A DNA stretch of 64,000 nucleotides from Candidatus Hydrogenedentota bacterium (GTDB taxonomy: Bacteria > Hydrogenedentota > Hydrogenedentia > Hydrogenedentales > SLHB01), in NCBI GenBank assembly GCA_963745075.1, contig CAVUWV010000024.1, positions 224,001-288,000 on the forward strand, read 5' to 3'. Shown one piece after another: positions 1 through 9,956 of this stretch. How positions within the stretch are numbered: the stretch's first letter is position 1; every line of letters begins with the position of its first letter. Made by a program: the position numbers and the translations under genes. The notes beneath the pieces were generated by a model. That model was not told the DNA's origin and did not search any database. It saw only the letters and a program-made list of their open reading frames with translations.

Positions 1-700
1 GAGCGGTCACTCTGACAGCTATCAGTACCTGGGCTGGGTCATCGACGGCGGCGATGGTGACGATCCTTACCAGGTCGTTCCGGCAGCACTAACGGGTTTC
101 GGTCATGGCTTTCATATTCCGTATCACGTTCTGGGGGCTTTTACGTTGCTCTATCTGGGTCCGCTCGGTGATGGCAGCTATGGAAGTGACAACCGAATTG
201 GAGTTCCCGGCAGGTGTTGGGACAGCGACGCGAAACCTCATGGACTCCACCCTCGATCTCGGAGACATCGGCTTTGGGGGCATCGGAAACAGTCACAGTG
301 ATAGTGTCTACCGGCTGCGGGAAGAAATCGAACGCTTCATGATTACGGACATCAATAACCCTGCCGGTAGTGCCATGGCGCAGTCAGAGATCGTGGTGAT
401 GTGGGACCAGATAAGCAAAACTCCTGGCGACGACACAAGTACGACCATGAATCACATCCCAGGAGGCTGTAATGTGTTGTATAGGATGGTCACGTCAAGT
501 TTGTGAAATACTCGCCTGCCGGCGAGTTCCCCGTCAATCAAGCGTGGGGCGATGTCGTATCGGGCGTCCAGAACGGCGTATTTTTCCGCGTTGCTTCCCT
601 AGTCGCCATTGACGGCTTGCATCAATACACCATGGAACCACCACTCGAGGCTCTCGCTTCAGGTGGTGGTTCCCGTTGTTCTTCTAAACGGTTCGGGTGA
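1..700 (+). CDS. DUF1559-domain (prepilin-type, H-X9-DG motif) protein, 5'-partial, frameshifted near 482; true 3' end uncertain (~580-700)
   Basis: ORF 105..506 has YRLREEIERFMITDINNPAGSAMAQSEIVVMWD...NHIPGGCNVLY; after a 1-nt shift (tat-ag-gat-ggt-cac) it continues DGHVKFVKYSPAGEFPV in the frame of ORF 503..700. Confidence 0.8.
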
Positions 701-755
701 TGTCCGTCGGCGGCTCGATAGATGCTCCCCGTTAATCGATCGCCACGTTGGTTAG

Positions 756-1103
756 TCATGAGCCCCGATCCTCTTTCGGCCTAACCTTCCAGCGCCACTT
801 GTATTTGAAGAAGACCGATGCCTTGTCGAGATCGGCATCGACATCCGCGCTCAGGCCCTTTTGTCTTCCGATATTCAAGGTGGGCTTCCCCTCGTCATCC
901 ATCTGAATCGCCGCCCGCGTGGCGTCTTTTCGGCCCGCGAGCACCCACTCGCCGTTGTCCATTCGTTTTTCACGAGCCGTCAGTTCCCACTCGTGCTGCT
1001 GGTGTTGAGACCATGCCTTCGAGAAGGGCTGGTCACGGGGGAGCTGCGTTACGCAACCCAGTGACGGAAGCAGAAAGAGCAAAACTAAGACGGCAAATCG
1101 CAT
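756..1103 (-). CDS. hypothetical exported lipoprotein
   Basis: 115-aa ORF with hydrophobic N-terminus ending in lipobox-like SLGC. Confidence 0.55.
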   Translation of the reverse strand: MRFAVLVLLFLLPSLGCVTQLPRDQPFSKAWSQHQQHEWELTAREKRMDNGEWVLAGRKDATRAAIQMDDEGKPTLNIGRQKGLSADVDADLDKASVFFKYKWRWKVRPKEDRGS

Positions 1104-1193
1104 GATGACCGATCTTCGGGATTTCGTCCGCGTTGCATATCGCCTACCGGATCACATTATACTCCCAGCCTGTTCTCCAAGGGGGCGAAGCCG

Positions 1194-2942
1194 GTGAATC
1201 TCAATCCCATCGATGCGGCGATAGTCGTCGCGTACCTGATACTCGTGCTAGCCATTGGCGCGTACATGGAACGGCGCGCCAAGAAGGATATGGAGTCCTA
1301 TTTCCTCGGCAGTGGCAGCATGCCATGGTGGCTGCTGGGCATGAGCGGCAGCAGCACCTTCTTCGACATCACCGGCACGATGTGGATGGTGTCGGTTTTT
1401 TACGTGCTCGGCATGCGGGGGATGTGGGAGCACGCCTTCTGGTGCTTTCCCTTCGCGGGATTCGTCCTCGCGTACAAGGCGAAATGGGCCTATCGCAGCG
1501 GCGTGTTAACCGGCATGGAGTGGCTGGTGTTCCGCTACGGCACCGGGCGGGCCGGCCAAGCGGCGCGTCTCGTCAGTGTGACTATCCAGTTGATTACGTT
1601 AGTCCTCATGTTGGGCTACGCCGGCACGGGGGTCGGCAAATTCGTCGCCGAGTTTCTGCCGTGGGACCGTTCGGTGATTATTCCAATTCTGTTCGGATTC
1701 ACCGGACTCTACGTCATCCTGGGGGGATTCTTTAGCGTCGTCTACAGCGATTTTATTCAGACAATACTGCTTTCGTTCGCCGCCCTTTACATTGCCGTCG
1801 TGGCATTCCTCGGCATCGAACCCCACGCCTTTCGCGAGACGGTCGGCTCCGACTGGTTCAGCCTGTTGCCGGTGATGCGCCTGCCCAAACCGTCCGCGGA
1901 CTATCCCGACCTCTTCGGACTGCTGGTCGTGTTGTGGGTCAGCAAGGGGTTGATCGGCTTGCTGTCCGCCGCTGGGGGGAGTATGGATTTCCAGCGATTC
2001 CGCGCGGCGCGAAATGAGGCGGAGGCCAGCAAGATCGGCCTCGCCTGGGGTCTCGTCATCAGCGTGCGTTGGGGGATGGTGATGGGGTTCACCGCCTTCG
2101 GTCTTTCGATTCTCGCGGCCCAGGGCAACGTGGTCGACAGCGAAAGTGTGCTTCCCATGATGATAAACCGGGTGTTGCCGGTTGGAATAAAGGGGGTCAT
2201 TATTGCCGGACTGCTGGCCGCATTCATGTCCACCTTCGATTCGACGCTCAACGTGGCCGCGTCCTTCATCGTCAATGACCTCGTCAAACCCACCTGGAAG
2301 ACCGCAAGCCCTCGAACCCTCGTGAGGACCGGATACGCTGCCACCGCCGGCGTGCTGGCCCTCGGCATTGTAATCAGCATGTATACCGAGAGCATCGCCA
2401 AGATATGGAATCCCATCAACTTCGCGCTGGGCGCGGCCTTGATCGGACCGGGGCTTCTGGGGGCCTACTGGTGGCGGCTCGGCGGTTGGGCGGTGGTCAT
2501 GAGCGGCGCCTGCACCTTACCCGCGGCATTCTACATCAAAGTCTTCACGGATTGGCGGGAGTTGCAGTACTTTCCCGTCTTGTTGGGTATCAGCGTGACC
2601 TCTACGCTCGTCGGCGCCTTTTTCTTTGCGCCCGCGCCCGAAGAGGCCCTGAAAGATTTCTACCGGAAAGTACGTCCCTTCGGATTATGGGGCCCCGTTC
2701 GCAGGATGTTGGAAGCAGACGGCGAAGACTCCCGGCGGCCCGAATCCGACCGGTATGACATCCCCGTGGCCATTGTTGGCACCGCCTTCTTCATCGTGTT
2801 GTACATCCTCGTGATGGACGTGGTGCTCCACAACTGGGCGCGCGCGGGGATTCTTGCCGCCTGTACCGGCGGGGGCGCTGTCCTTTTGTACCGGCTTTGG
2901 TGGCGGCGACTTCCGCTCGCTGATTCGGAGGACTCTCCCTAA
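1194..2942 (+). CDS. sodium:solute symporter (SSS family)
   Basis: 582-aa polytopic membrane protein; YFLGSGSMPWW, GGFFSVVYSDFIQ and GLLAAFMSTFDSTLN motifs. Confidence 0.92.
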   Translation: MNLNPIDAAIVVAYLILVLAIGAYMERRAKKDMESYFLGSGSMPWWLLGMSGSSTFFDITGTMWMVSVFYVLGMRGMWEHAFWCFPFAGFVLAYKAKWAYRSGVLTGMEWLVFRYGTGRAGQAARLVSVTIQLITLVLMLGYAGTGVGKFVAEFLPWDRSVIIPILFGFTGLYVILGGFFSVVYSDFIQTILLSFAALYIAVVAFLGIEPHAFRETVGSDWFSLLPVMRLPKPSADYPDLFGLLVVLWVSKGLIGLLSAAGGSMDFQRFRAARNEAEASKIGLAWGLVISVRWGMVMGFTAFGLSILAAQGNVVDSESVLPMMINRVLPVGIKGVIIAGLLAAFMSTFDSTLNVAASFIVNDLVKPTWKTASPRTLVRTGYAATAGVLALGIVISMYTESIAKIWNPINFALGAALIGPGLLGAYWWRLGGWAVVMSGACTLPAAFYIKVFTDWRELQYFPVLLGISVTSTLVGAFFFAPAPEEALKDFYRKVRPFGLWGPVRRMLEADGEDSRRPESDRYDIPVAIVGTAFFIVLYILVMDVVLHNWARAGILAACTGGGAVLLYRLWWRRLPLADSEDSP

Positions 2943-4402
2943 CCGTCCGGCTTCCACCGATACGTCGCGACTGCTTTCGCCGGAACGGCGGCCTGCAACA
3001 TCTCATCTTCCCACCGCACGCGCAGTTTCTGCTCTTCGTCGGACGGATTCGCGACCACCAGCACGTAGCTTCCGTCGGTATTGCGGAACGCCACGTGGGC
3101 AAGGCCCGCACTGGATTCGCCTGAATCGATTCGGACCGCACCGGGGCGGATGAACTTCATGAACTGGCCGTACACGAAGTAGTCGAGGTTATACGTGACC
3201 GCCCGGCTCTCGGTATCAATCGTGATACAAGTCCTGTCGGCATCGAACGGCCCGTTGTTGGGTTCCCCGTTCTCGTCCGCGATGGTTACCCACGCGTTAT
3301 ACGAGCGGGCCCAATTGCGAAGAAACCCGATTATGGCGACCGCGCCGTCTACGCCATACATGGACCCCTCGGACAGATATACATCCTTGTCCGGAAACTC
3401 ATCGTGAAAGGCTCCCATATCGGATGGCTTGCCCGCATAGGGATGAAACGCCGTGGCGCTGACGTACTGCGCCGCGCCCGGATCGCTCAAAATGTTTCGG
3501 GGATACCAGAGATTGTTCAGGTTGTGATCGAAACACCAGATCTCGGTGTCGATCCCCGCGTCGCGAATGGCTGGACCGAGATGGTCGCGAATAAAATCGC
3601 GCTCGGCGTGCCCCATGATTTCGAGCGGCACCGGCCACCAGGTGTCCTCATCCACCACGAGCGACCACTGGCACGACGGGTACCACCAGCTCAAGACATC
3701 GTCCCGCTTGTTAACGCCCGGCTCGTTTTGCACGGTAACCGCGTAGATGGGGATGCCCTCGGCCCGGTAGGCCTCGATGAACTTGACGAAGTACTGCGCA
3801 TAGACCCCGTAGTACCGGGGATATAAATGACCGCCAATCATGTCGCCGCAGGTCTTCATCCATCCCGGCGGGCTCCACGGGGACGCGTAGAAGCGGAGGT
3901 CCGGGTTTTTCTCCAGCGCAAGTTTCAGAATGGGGATGATGTAGGCCCGGTCCTTCTCGATCGAGAAATGGTCGAGATTCATATCCGTTTCGCCGGGCGG
4001 CATGTCGTCGTAGGTGTACCATGGCTCGCCCGTAAAATCCGGCGTGCCGATGCAGATGCGCATGGTGCTCATCCCGATGCCCTGGTCCGGAGAAACGAGC
4101 TTTTCCACTACGGCCTCGCGCGCTTCCGGGCCGAGACGCCACAGGTTCGCGCAGGTTGTGTGTTCCAGAGACGAGCCCATGCCAAGCATGGTCTGATACG
4201 TGCTTGATTCATCAATTGCCAGATCCGCGTCGCCGCGCCCCGCCGAAAACCGGAGCGACTTCTGCGGGGAAAGCGTCTGCTGCATATCCGAAGTCGTGAG
4301 CCAGCATTCGACAACGGTATCGGCTGACGCCGACGCGCCGCAGACCAATACCGATACGAGAAGCACGATACCCGCAAACGGAAATCCACCGGTGAAGGTC
4401 AT
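2939..4402 (-). CDS. glycoside hydrolase family 30 (glucosylceramidase-like), secreted
   Basis: YQTMLGMGSS, ASPWSPPGWMK, TVQNEP, FDHN and QFMKFIRPGAVRI motifs; signal peptide; ATG at 4402 preferred over the TTG at 4429. Confidence 0.88.
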   Translation of the reverse strand: MTFTGGFPFAGIVLLVSVLVCGASASADTVVECWLTTSDMQQTLSPQKSLRFSAGRGDADLAIDESSTYQTMLGMGSSLEHTTCANLWRLGPEAREAVVEKLVSPDQGIGMSTMRICIGTPDFTGEPWYTYDDMPPGETDMNLDHFSIEKDRAYIIPILKLALEKNPDLRFYASPWSPPGWMKTCGDMIGGHLYPRYYGVYAQYFVKFIEAYRAEGIPIYAVTVQNEPGVNKRDDVLSWWYPSCQWSLVVDEDTWWPVPLEIMGHAERDFIRDHLGPAIRDAGIDTEIWCFDHNLNNLWYPRNILSDPGAAQYVSATAFHPYAGKPSDMGAFHDEFPDKDVYLSEGSMYGVDGAVAIIGFLRNWARSYNAWVTIADENGEPNNGPFDADRTCITIDTESRAVTYNLDYFVYGQFMKFIRPGAVRIDSGESSAGLAHVAFRNTDGSYVLVVANPSDEEQKLRVRWEDEMLQAAVPAKAVATYRWKPDG

Positions 4403-4453
4403 AGTGCACGGGTCCTCTTCGTATTCCAATCGCTGCGGAAACGTCTTGGAGGA

Positions 4454-5458
4454 TTACTTGGATTGATCAACGAGCCAAACGTTCCGGTACTGCACGAAGT
4501 TATGGTGCGCCTGCAACTTCACATGACCCGGTTCACTGGGTGGCGGCATCAGACGGTCCACTTCTTTCCAGCCCGTTCGCCACGTGAGTTCCTGGTTGCT
4601 ATGGATGATCACACCGTTCTGGTAGACCGTCATCCGGCCGTACTCTTGCAGGTTGCCCGCGGCATCGTAGCGAGCGGCCCGGTAGTAAATGTCGTAGGTC
4701 TGCCACTGGAGCGGCGGGCGGCAGGCGTTCACGCGCGGCGCCGAAAGTTTATACAGCGCGCCGCATTCGTCGTAGACCCCCTCCAGTCCAAAGGAATCCA
4801 ACACTTGGACTTCGTACTCGTCCTGCAGGAACACGCCACTGTTCCCACGCCCCTGGCCGCGCGACATGGGCATGAGCGGCAATCGGAATTCCACGTGCAA
4901 CTGGAGGTCCGTGTAGGTCTCCTTGCTCACCAGATAATCGCCGTCCGGCGTGACCAACAGCGTGCCGTCATCCAGAATCTTCCAGCCCTCGGTACCGGTC
5001 CACGCGTCGAGATTCGTGCCGTCGTACAGAACCACCGCGCCTTCCGGCGGCTTGATCCCGAGCGTGGGGGAGGAAATGACCTTCTTCTTCATGGAATACG
5101 TTAACTCGCCCCGCTTTCCGGTGAATGTCGTGCCGTCCGTACTCCCGGTGAACCCGTCCACGTCGAATTCCAGCTTTCCATGCTTGGGCTGAACCTCGAC
5201 ATCCAGCAAAACGGGGCAGCGCATGTCCAGCCGATTCACAATCTTGATGCGATATGTATCGTTACCCAGCGGATACACCTGCGCGGCAGCATCCGGGTTA
5301 ACTTCCTCCTTCTCGGACCACCGCCCCACGTAGTTCCCCAGAAAGGGGTCCCCTTTGGTGGGAAACACATCCTGCATCGTGACGTCCGCCAGTGCCGGCG
5401 CCACCCCGATAATCACAAGTCCCAAGATGACCGTTGTCCGCATAAATATCCGTGTCAT
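4454..5458 (-). CDS. DUF1080 (3-keto-disaccharide hydrolase) domain protein, secreted
   Basis: LHVEFRLP, GQGRGNSGVFLQDEYEVQVLDSFG, WQTYDI and LQAHHNFVQYRNVW motifs; ATG at 5458 with upstream ggagga and a signal peptide. Confidence 0.88.
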   Translation of the reverse strand: MTRIFMRTTVILGLVIIGVAPALADVTMQDVFPTKGDPFLGNYVGRWSEKEEVNPDAAAQVYPLGNDTYRIKIVNRLDMRCPVLLDVEVQPKHGKLEFDVDGFTGSTDGTTFTGKRGELTYSMKKKVISSPTLGIKPPEGAVVLYDGTNLDAWTGTEGWKILDDGTLLVTPDGDYLVSKETYTDLQLHVEFRLPLMPMSRGQGRGNSGVFLQDEYEVQVLDSFGLEGVYDECGALYKLSAPRVNACRPPLQWQTYDIYYRAARYDAAGNLQEYGRMTVYQNGVIIHSNQELTWRTGWKEVDRLMPPPSEPGHVKLQAHHNFVQYRNVWLVDQSK

Positions 5459-5555
5459 GCCACTTTCCTCCGTTGAGTCAGTAAGGTCCTTAGCGTTGCA
5501 CATGCCGCGGGGCGATTCAATGTTGCGGATAGGCGAACTTTCAGCGTCCCGCGTC

Positions 5556-7100
5556 TCACACGGCGTGATGGTTGGGGCCGTACCGGATGGAATCATTCTG
5601 CACGGCAAGATCGCCATCGACGATCCAGGGTTCGCCACGAACGGAAAGGTGGGCGACCATACGTTCCCGCCATTCGACAAGCTGCCGAGCGTGTTTGGCG
5701 AGGGGCGCGAGGTCTTCGAGTTCGTGTGGATCACGCTTGAGGTCGAACAGTTGCTGCTGGCCGGTCGTCGTGAAATAGAGGTATTTGTAACGTCCGTCCG
5801 TGAGCGCAACCCAGGCATTCTCATGCCAGTAGCAGCGGCCATGCTCGAGGTCCAGGACCTCGCGCCAGTGTCTTGTTTTGCCGCGTACGATATCGAGCAT
5901 GCTTGACCCTTCCATAGGAGCGGGTTTCTCAATCCCCGCCGCGTCCAGGAATGTCGGCAGCACGTCGCGCAACTCGACCAAATGGTCGGACTCGATGCCG
6001 CGTTTCTTCCCGGCAAACTCCCGCATCGATTCCGGCCAGCGCACGATCATCGGAATCCGTGCCGAGCCATCGTAGGCGTAGGTCTTCCGCCACAGATGTT
6101 GGTCGCCCATCATGTCACCGTGGTCGGCCGTGAACAGAATTAGCGTGTTCTCCAATTCGCCGCGTCGCTCCAAGGCGCTAAGCACGCGTCCCAGTTGCTC
6201 GTCCACGAAGGAGATGGCTGCGTAGTAGGCCGCGCGCGAAGCGTGGATATCCGATTCCGGGTAATTCCCCCGAGGCGCGTTTGGGGTGTCTTCAACGCTT
6301 CCGATAAAGCCGCCGTAGAGTTTTTCCGCCCAGTCTCCAACGTGTGCGCGCGGCAAATCCATTTCCTGGTAGTGGTCCATGAACCGCTTCGGCGGGTCGA
6401 ACGGAGGATGGGGCCGTTGAAACGACACCTTCAAGAACCACGGCCGGTCGCCGTCGTAGGTGTTCAGAAAGTCGATGGCCCGTTCCGCCGTCCAGTACGT
6501 CGGATGCAGCGCGTCGTCGTAGGGATAGGTGCGTCCGCCCCGGTGGTCCGTGTACCCGAGCCCGGTAATATCAACATCCTTATCGGGATAGTTCGCCTCG
6601 AACCACCGGCGGTAGTCGCATTTGAACTTCTCGGGCGTAACCGCGCGCCACCCTTCTTCGAGAATGATGGATTCATAGCCGTGGTCGTGACTGGCGAAGT
6701 GCATCTTCCCGACGGCGTGCGTCCGGTATCCGGCCACCGTGAACATGCGGGGCTTTTCGTGCGTGTAGCGCGTCGCCATGGGCGCGTAACACAGGACCCC
6801 GTGCCCCCAGGGACTCATCCCCGTGAGCAGGCTCGCCCTCGCCGGCAAACACGATGGAAGCGAGGTGTACGCTCGACGGAATCGGATTCCCTCCCGGGCC
6901 AGGCGATCGATGTTCGGCGTGGTTATCCAATCGGCTCCGTCGCAGCCGAGACAGTCCCCCCGATGTTGGTCATCCATCAGGAAAAGAACGTTGACCCGTC
7001 GGGAGGGGTCGGCGTCCTCGGCTGCGGTGCTCAGGGACGGCAGCCCCGCTGCGCCCAAACCGGACATGGCCGCCGCCCGGATAAACTCCCGTCGTTTCAT
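5556..7100 (-). CDS. arylsulfatase family protein, Tat-exported
   Basis: MKRREFI twin-arginine signal; DDQHRGD, SCLPARASLLTG (CxPxR), GKMH and TADHGDMMG motifs. Confidence 0.92.
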   Translation of the reverse strand: MKRREFIRAAAMSGLGAAGLPSLSTAAEDADPSRRVNVLFLMDDQHRGDCLGCDGADWITTPNIDRLAREGIRFRRAYTSLPSCLPARASLLTGMSPWGHGVLCYAPMATRYTHEKPRMFTVAGYRTHAVGKMHFASHDHGYESIILEEGWRAVTPEKFKCDYRRWFEANYPDKDVDITGLGYTDHRGGRTYPYDDALHPTYWTAERAIDFLNTYDGDRPWFLKVSFQRPHPPFDPPKRFMDHYQEMDLPRAHVGDWAEKLYGGFIGSVEDTPNAPRGNYPESDIHASRAAYYAAISFVDEQLGRVLSALERRGELENTLILFTADHGDMMGDQHLWRKTYAYDGSARIPMIVRWPESMREFAGKKRGIESDHLVELRDVLPTFLDAAGIEKPAPMEGSSMLDIVRGKTRHWREVLDLEHGRCYWHENAWVALTDGRYKYLYFTTTGQQQLFDLKRDPHELEDLAPLAKHARQLVEWRERMVAHLSVRGEPWIVDGDLAVQNDSIRYGPNHHAV

Positions 7101-7398
7101 GGCTATCGTCCTCGATGGTTCTTCGTTCGTTTTTCGCACATTCCACTGTAACCATCCCCGAGGTGGGATTGCGAACCCGGACCGGGCCCCCGTGGGCCGG
7201 CATTGGGACCGCCTGGGCCGTTCTCGTGGACGCAGAAACGGATGCTGGTAATGCCCTACCCAAGTCTGCTACTGTCAGTATCGGAACGAGGGGTTTGGCA
7301 AGGGGATCTTTCCCGCAAATGTGTGCTCGCTATCCGTCGATAGCGGGAGTCAGCCCGCTCGTAAGGTTACAATGTGAGTAAAAGAAGGAGAGGAAGTC

Positions 7399-7599
7399 GT
7401 GGCCACAGGTACCGTCAAATTTTTCAACGATCAGAAGGGCTATGGTTTCATCACGCCGGATGAAGGGGGTGGAGATCTATTTATCCACGTCTCGAACATT
7501 CAACCCCCGGCTGCGACCTTGAGTGATGGGCAAAAGGTGGAGTACGAAGTCGGTCAGGGACGAAAAGGGCCCGAGGCGCAAAACGTACGCCCCCTGTAA
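7399..7599 (+). CDS. cspA: cold-shock protein
   Basis: GTVKFFNDQKGYGFI and DLFIHVSNI RNP motifs; 66 aa; strong SD (aggagagg). Confidence 0.95.
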   Translation: MATGTVKFFNDQKGYGFITPDEGGGDLFIHVSNIQPPAATLSDGQKVEYEVGQGRKGPEAQNVRPL

Positions 7600-7970
7600 G
7601 TAGCGATACCGGAGAGACTGCGGTAACGTTTCGAGTTTCGAAAACTCTTCGGCGTTGAATCGTTGCCCAGCTTAGAGCACTGAATCTCGGATTACTGGTG
7701 AGGCGCGTCTGAACTCGCTTTTACTTCACGTGCCTCGACGGCGACTTGCTCGCAGAGTGCGATCCATTCCTTATCGGTCATATGATCGTATGATGTGGAT
7801 TGGAGCGCATCGCTGCAAAGTTGCTGTTCGGCATCGCGCGAGTATTGCGAGTCGCGGGCGATTCCAACGTGTTGTTTGGAATTAATCATGCAACACTTTA
7901 GCACACGGCCGATGGAAAAGTCCCGCCTCGATTTGAAAAGCGCGATACGTCGCGAGAAAGGGAAGATGTC

Positions 7971-8123
7971 TTGGCAAGACGAAACTACCAATTTGAAAAA
8001 CGTCAAAAAGAAATCGCCAAGCAGAAAAAGCGTGAAGAAAAACTGCGCAAAAAACGTGAAAAGGACAACCCTTCCGCCGAGGACGAGGCTGAACGCTCCG
8101 CAGAAGAAGAATCGTCTGACTAA
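7971..8123 (+). CDS. small basic/acidic 50-aa protein MARRNYQFEKRQKEIAKQKKREEKLRKKREKDNPSAEDEAERSAEEESSD (below the ORF-track cutoff)
   Basis: Translated by hand: TTG at 7971 after purine-rich gagaaagggaaga, TAA at 8121-8123; resembles small 'NYxFEKRQKE' proteins often near csp genes (recall, not searched). Confidence 0.7.
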   Translation: MARRNYQFEKRQKEIAKQKKREEKLRKKREKDNPSAEDEAERSAEEESSD

Positions 8124-8392
8124 CCACTTCCGGCCGATTTGACGTTCCAACCGGCCTCCATATTCCCGCTCCTAAGTTCGCCCGTTGACGCGATTCCTCG
8201 CGATCGGTTAGCATCACGCCCTCAACCATGCCCAGGGCGTGGCAATTCCTCTGGGGAGCACTTCTCACCGCACCCAGAGTGATGGGTCCGCAAGACAATC
8301 GCTCTTGGGCGGTGCGAAATGCGGACTACAGCGGGCGTCCGATTCGGTGTCGTCGTACGAAATCGCATCGCGCCGCTCAACCGGGGGACAGT

Positions 8393-8941
8393 ATGAAGAC
8401 CGTATGTGCGTGGTGTAAGACGGTATTGGGCGATGAGTGTCAAGGCGACGCCCACCCGGTCACCCACGGGATCTGCTTGCAGTGCGCGCAACAGTTCTTT
8501 TCGGAAGTGGGGGAACCCCTTCGCGAATTTCTCGACCAACTGGGGGTACCGGTGCTCGTGGTCGACGAAGACCCCGTCGTGCAAACCGCCAATTCCCAAG
8601 CCCGTGAGTTACTGGGGAAGGACTTGCACGAGATTGAACAGCACCGACCCGGCCAGGCAATCGATTGTATTCACGCCTCAAACCCCGGCGGTTGCGGTCG
8701 CCAGGTGCACTGTCAAAGCTGTACGATACGCCAGTTGGTACTGGAAACTTACGCGACGGGCGAGGGGTTTACACGAGTCCCCGTATTTCCGGATCTTCAG
8801 TCCGGCGCGGGCATCCGCAAAACGCGTGTCGAAATCTCCACCGAAAAGGCGGGAAACATCGTCCTCTTGCGGTTGCATGAAATCCGGGAAGCGGACACAT
8901 CCACGGCGCCGTTCCACGCCCCCGCAGCCGACCCGCGTTGA
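8393..8941 (+). CDS. Cys-rich PAS-domain sensor protein with N-terminal CAWC...HGICxxC finger
   Basis: MKTVCAWC...THGICLQC followed by PAS-like FLDQLGVPVLVVDED...ANSQARELLG and a CIHA...CG...CQSC cluster. Confidence 0.7.
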   Translation: MKTVCAWCKTVLGDECQGDAHPVTHGICLQCAQQFFSEVGEPLREFLDQLGVPVLVVDEDPVVQTANSQARELLGKDLHEIEQHRPGQAIDCIHASNPGGCGRQVHCQSCTIRQLVLETYATGEGFTRVPVFPDLQSGAGIRKTRVEISTEKAGNIVLLRLHEIREADTSTAPFHAPAADPR

Positions 8942-9030
8942 CCTGACAACTCCTTGTGATTGGTGGTGTCCTCGGCTATTGTACGACGCCGTTTTGACGA
9001 AGCGTGACTTCGCACCGTGAGGAGGCCAAG

Positions 9031-9840
9031 ATGCGGCATTTACATGCCAGTGCGCTTATTGTATTGACCTTGTGTTCCCTGCGATCGTTGGCGGCCGGTC
9101 CCGCGGCGAAACAGGCGCAGCAGGTTCCCCACTGGCGCGAGCCCGCGCGCGTCGCGCTGGAGCTTCGCGGTGGAAAATCCAACAACGTCGCGAATTGGGA
9201 GATCCATCTCGCCAAACACGGGGACTTCCTCCTCGACGTTGCTGAACCCTCAGAAGCCGGCTCGCCGAAAGGGCAGATCCTCGTCCTCGGCGGCCAGGTC
9301 ATGGCGGTCCATGGGCTCGAATTGGAAAAGGGCTATGAAATCGATGCCCTTGATATGCCAGCCTTTCACTTTCAATTGCTCTATAGTCTGCTCGAAGCAG
9401 TGTTTCCAGCGGGCCCCGAGAGCATTTCCGAGACCCGGGAAGTCGACCATTCGGAAAACGATGTTCCGATTACCGTCGGCACCGCAAGCGCCACGGGCGA
9501 ATTTGCGGCGCCGTGGTATGTCCTCGGCACGGTGTCGCGTAAAGATAAGCACACCATCGCCTACGACCTTTCCTTCACGTTCATGGTCGACCCGGAAACC
9601 GCGACCATGTTCAAGCTGCGACTACTGGGTATCTGGACCGACGGAACGGAGCCGCAAGATATCGGCGACGACTTCAATATCCAGGGATGGACCGTGTATT
9701 CGATCGGTCCGTTTCAGAGCGATACCGACCAGGGTTCCGTCATGGAATTCGGCGCCCAACCCACGGGCGAATCGTACCGGACGGCCGGCGAACTGCGCAC
9801 AACCCTCGGCGATATGCCAGACGACAAGCCGGACGAATAG
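9031..9840 (+). CDS. hypothetical secreted protein
   Basis: SD ggagg before ATG 9031, signal-peptide-like N-terminus, long ORF. Confidence 0.65.
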   Translation: MRHLHASALIVLTLCSLRSLAAGPAAKQAQQVPHWREPARVALELRGGKSNNVANWEIHLAKHGDFLLDVAEPSEAGSPKGQILVLGGQVMAVHGLELEKGYEIDALDMPAFHFQLLYSLLEAVFPAGPESISETREVDHSENDVPITVGTASATGEFAAPWYVLGTVSRKDKHTIAYDLSFTFMVDPETATMFKLRLLGIWTDGTEPQDIGDDFNIQGWTVYSIGPFQSDTDQGSVMEFGAQPTGESYRTAGELRTTLGDMPDDKPDE

Positions 9841-9956
9841 CCGGGTTCTCTTCTCGACCGCTCCGCGCCTTCGCTGCCATGACCCTACTCCCGGAGATGA
9901 TCTCAACCATCTCGATCTTGTACGGTAGTCCCAACCATGCAGGGAGGGGCGGATTG

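Noticed and set aside
5459..6016. N-terminal extension of the DUF1080 ORF to 6016
   Set aside because: It overlaps the sulfatase 3' end; the SD and signal peptide point to ATG 5458.
7795..8142. 115-aa Lys-rich ORF from the track
   Set aside because: The alternative frame 7971..8123 has a better ribosome-binding context and a more protein-like sequence.
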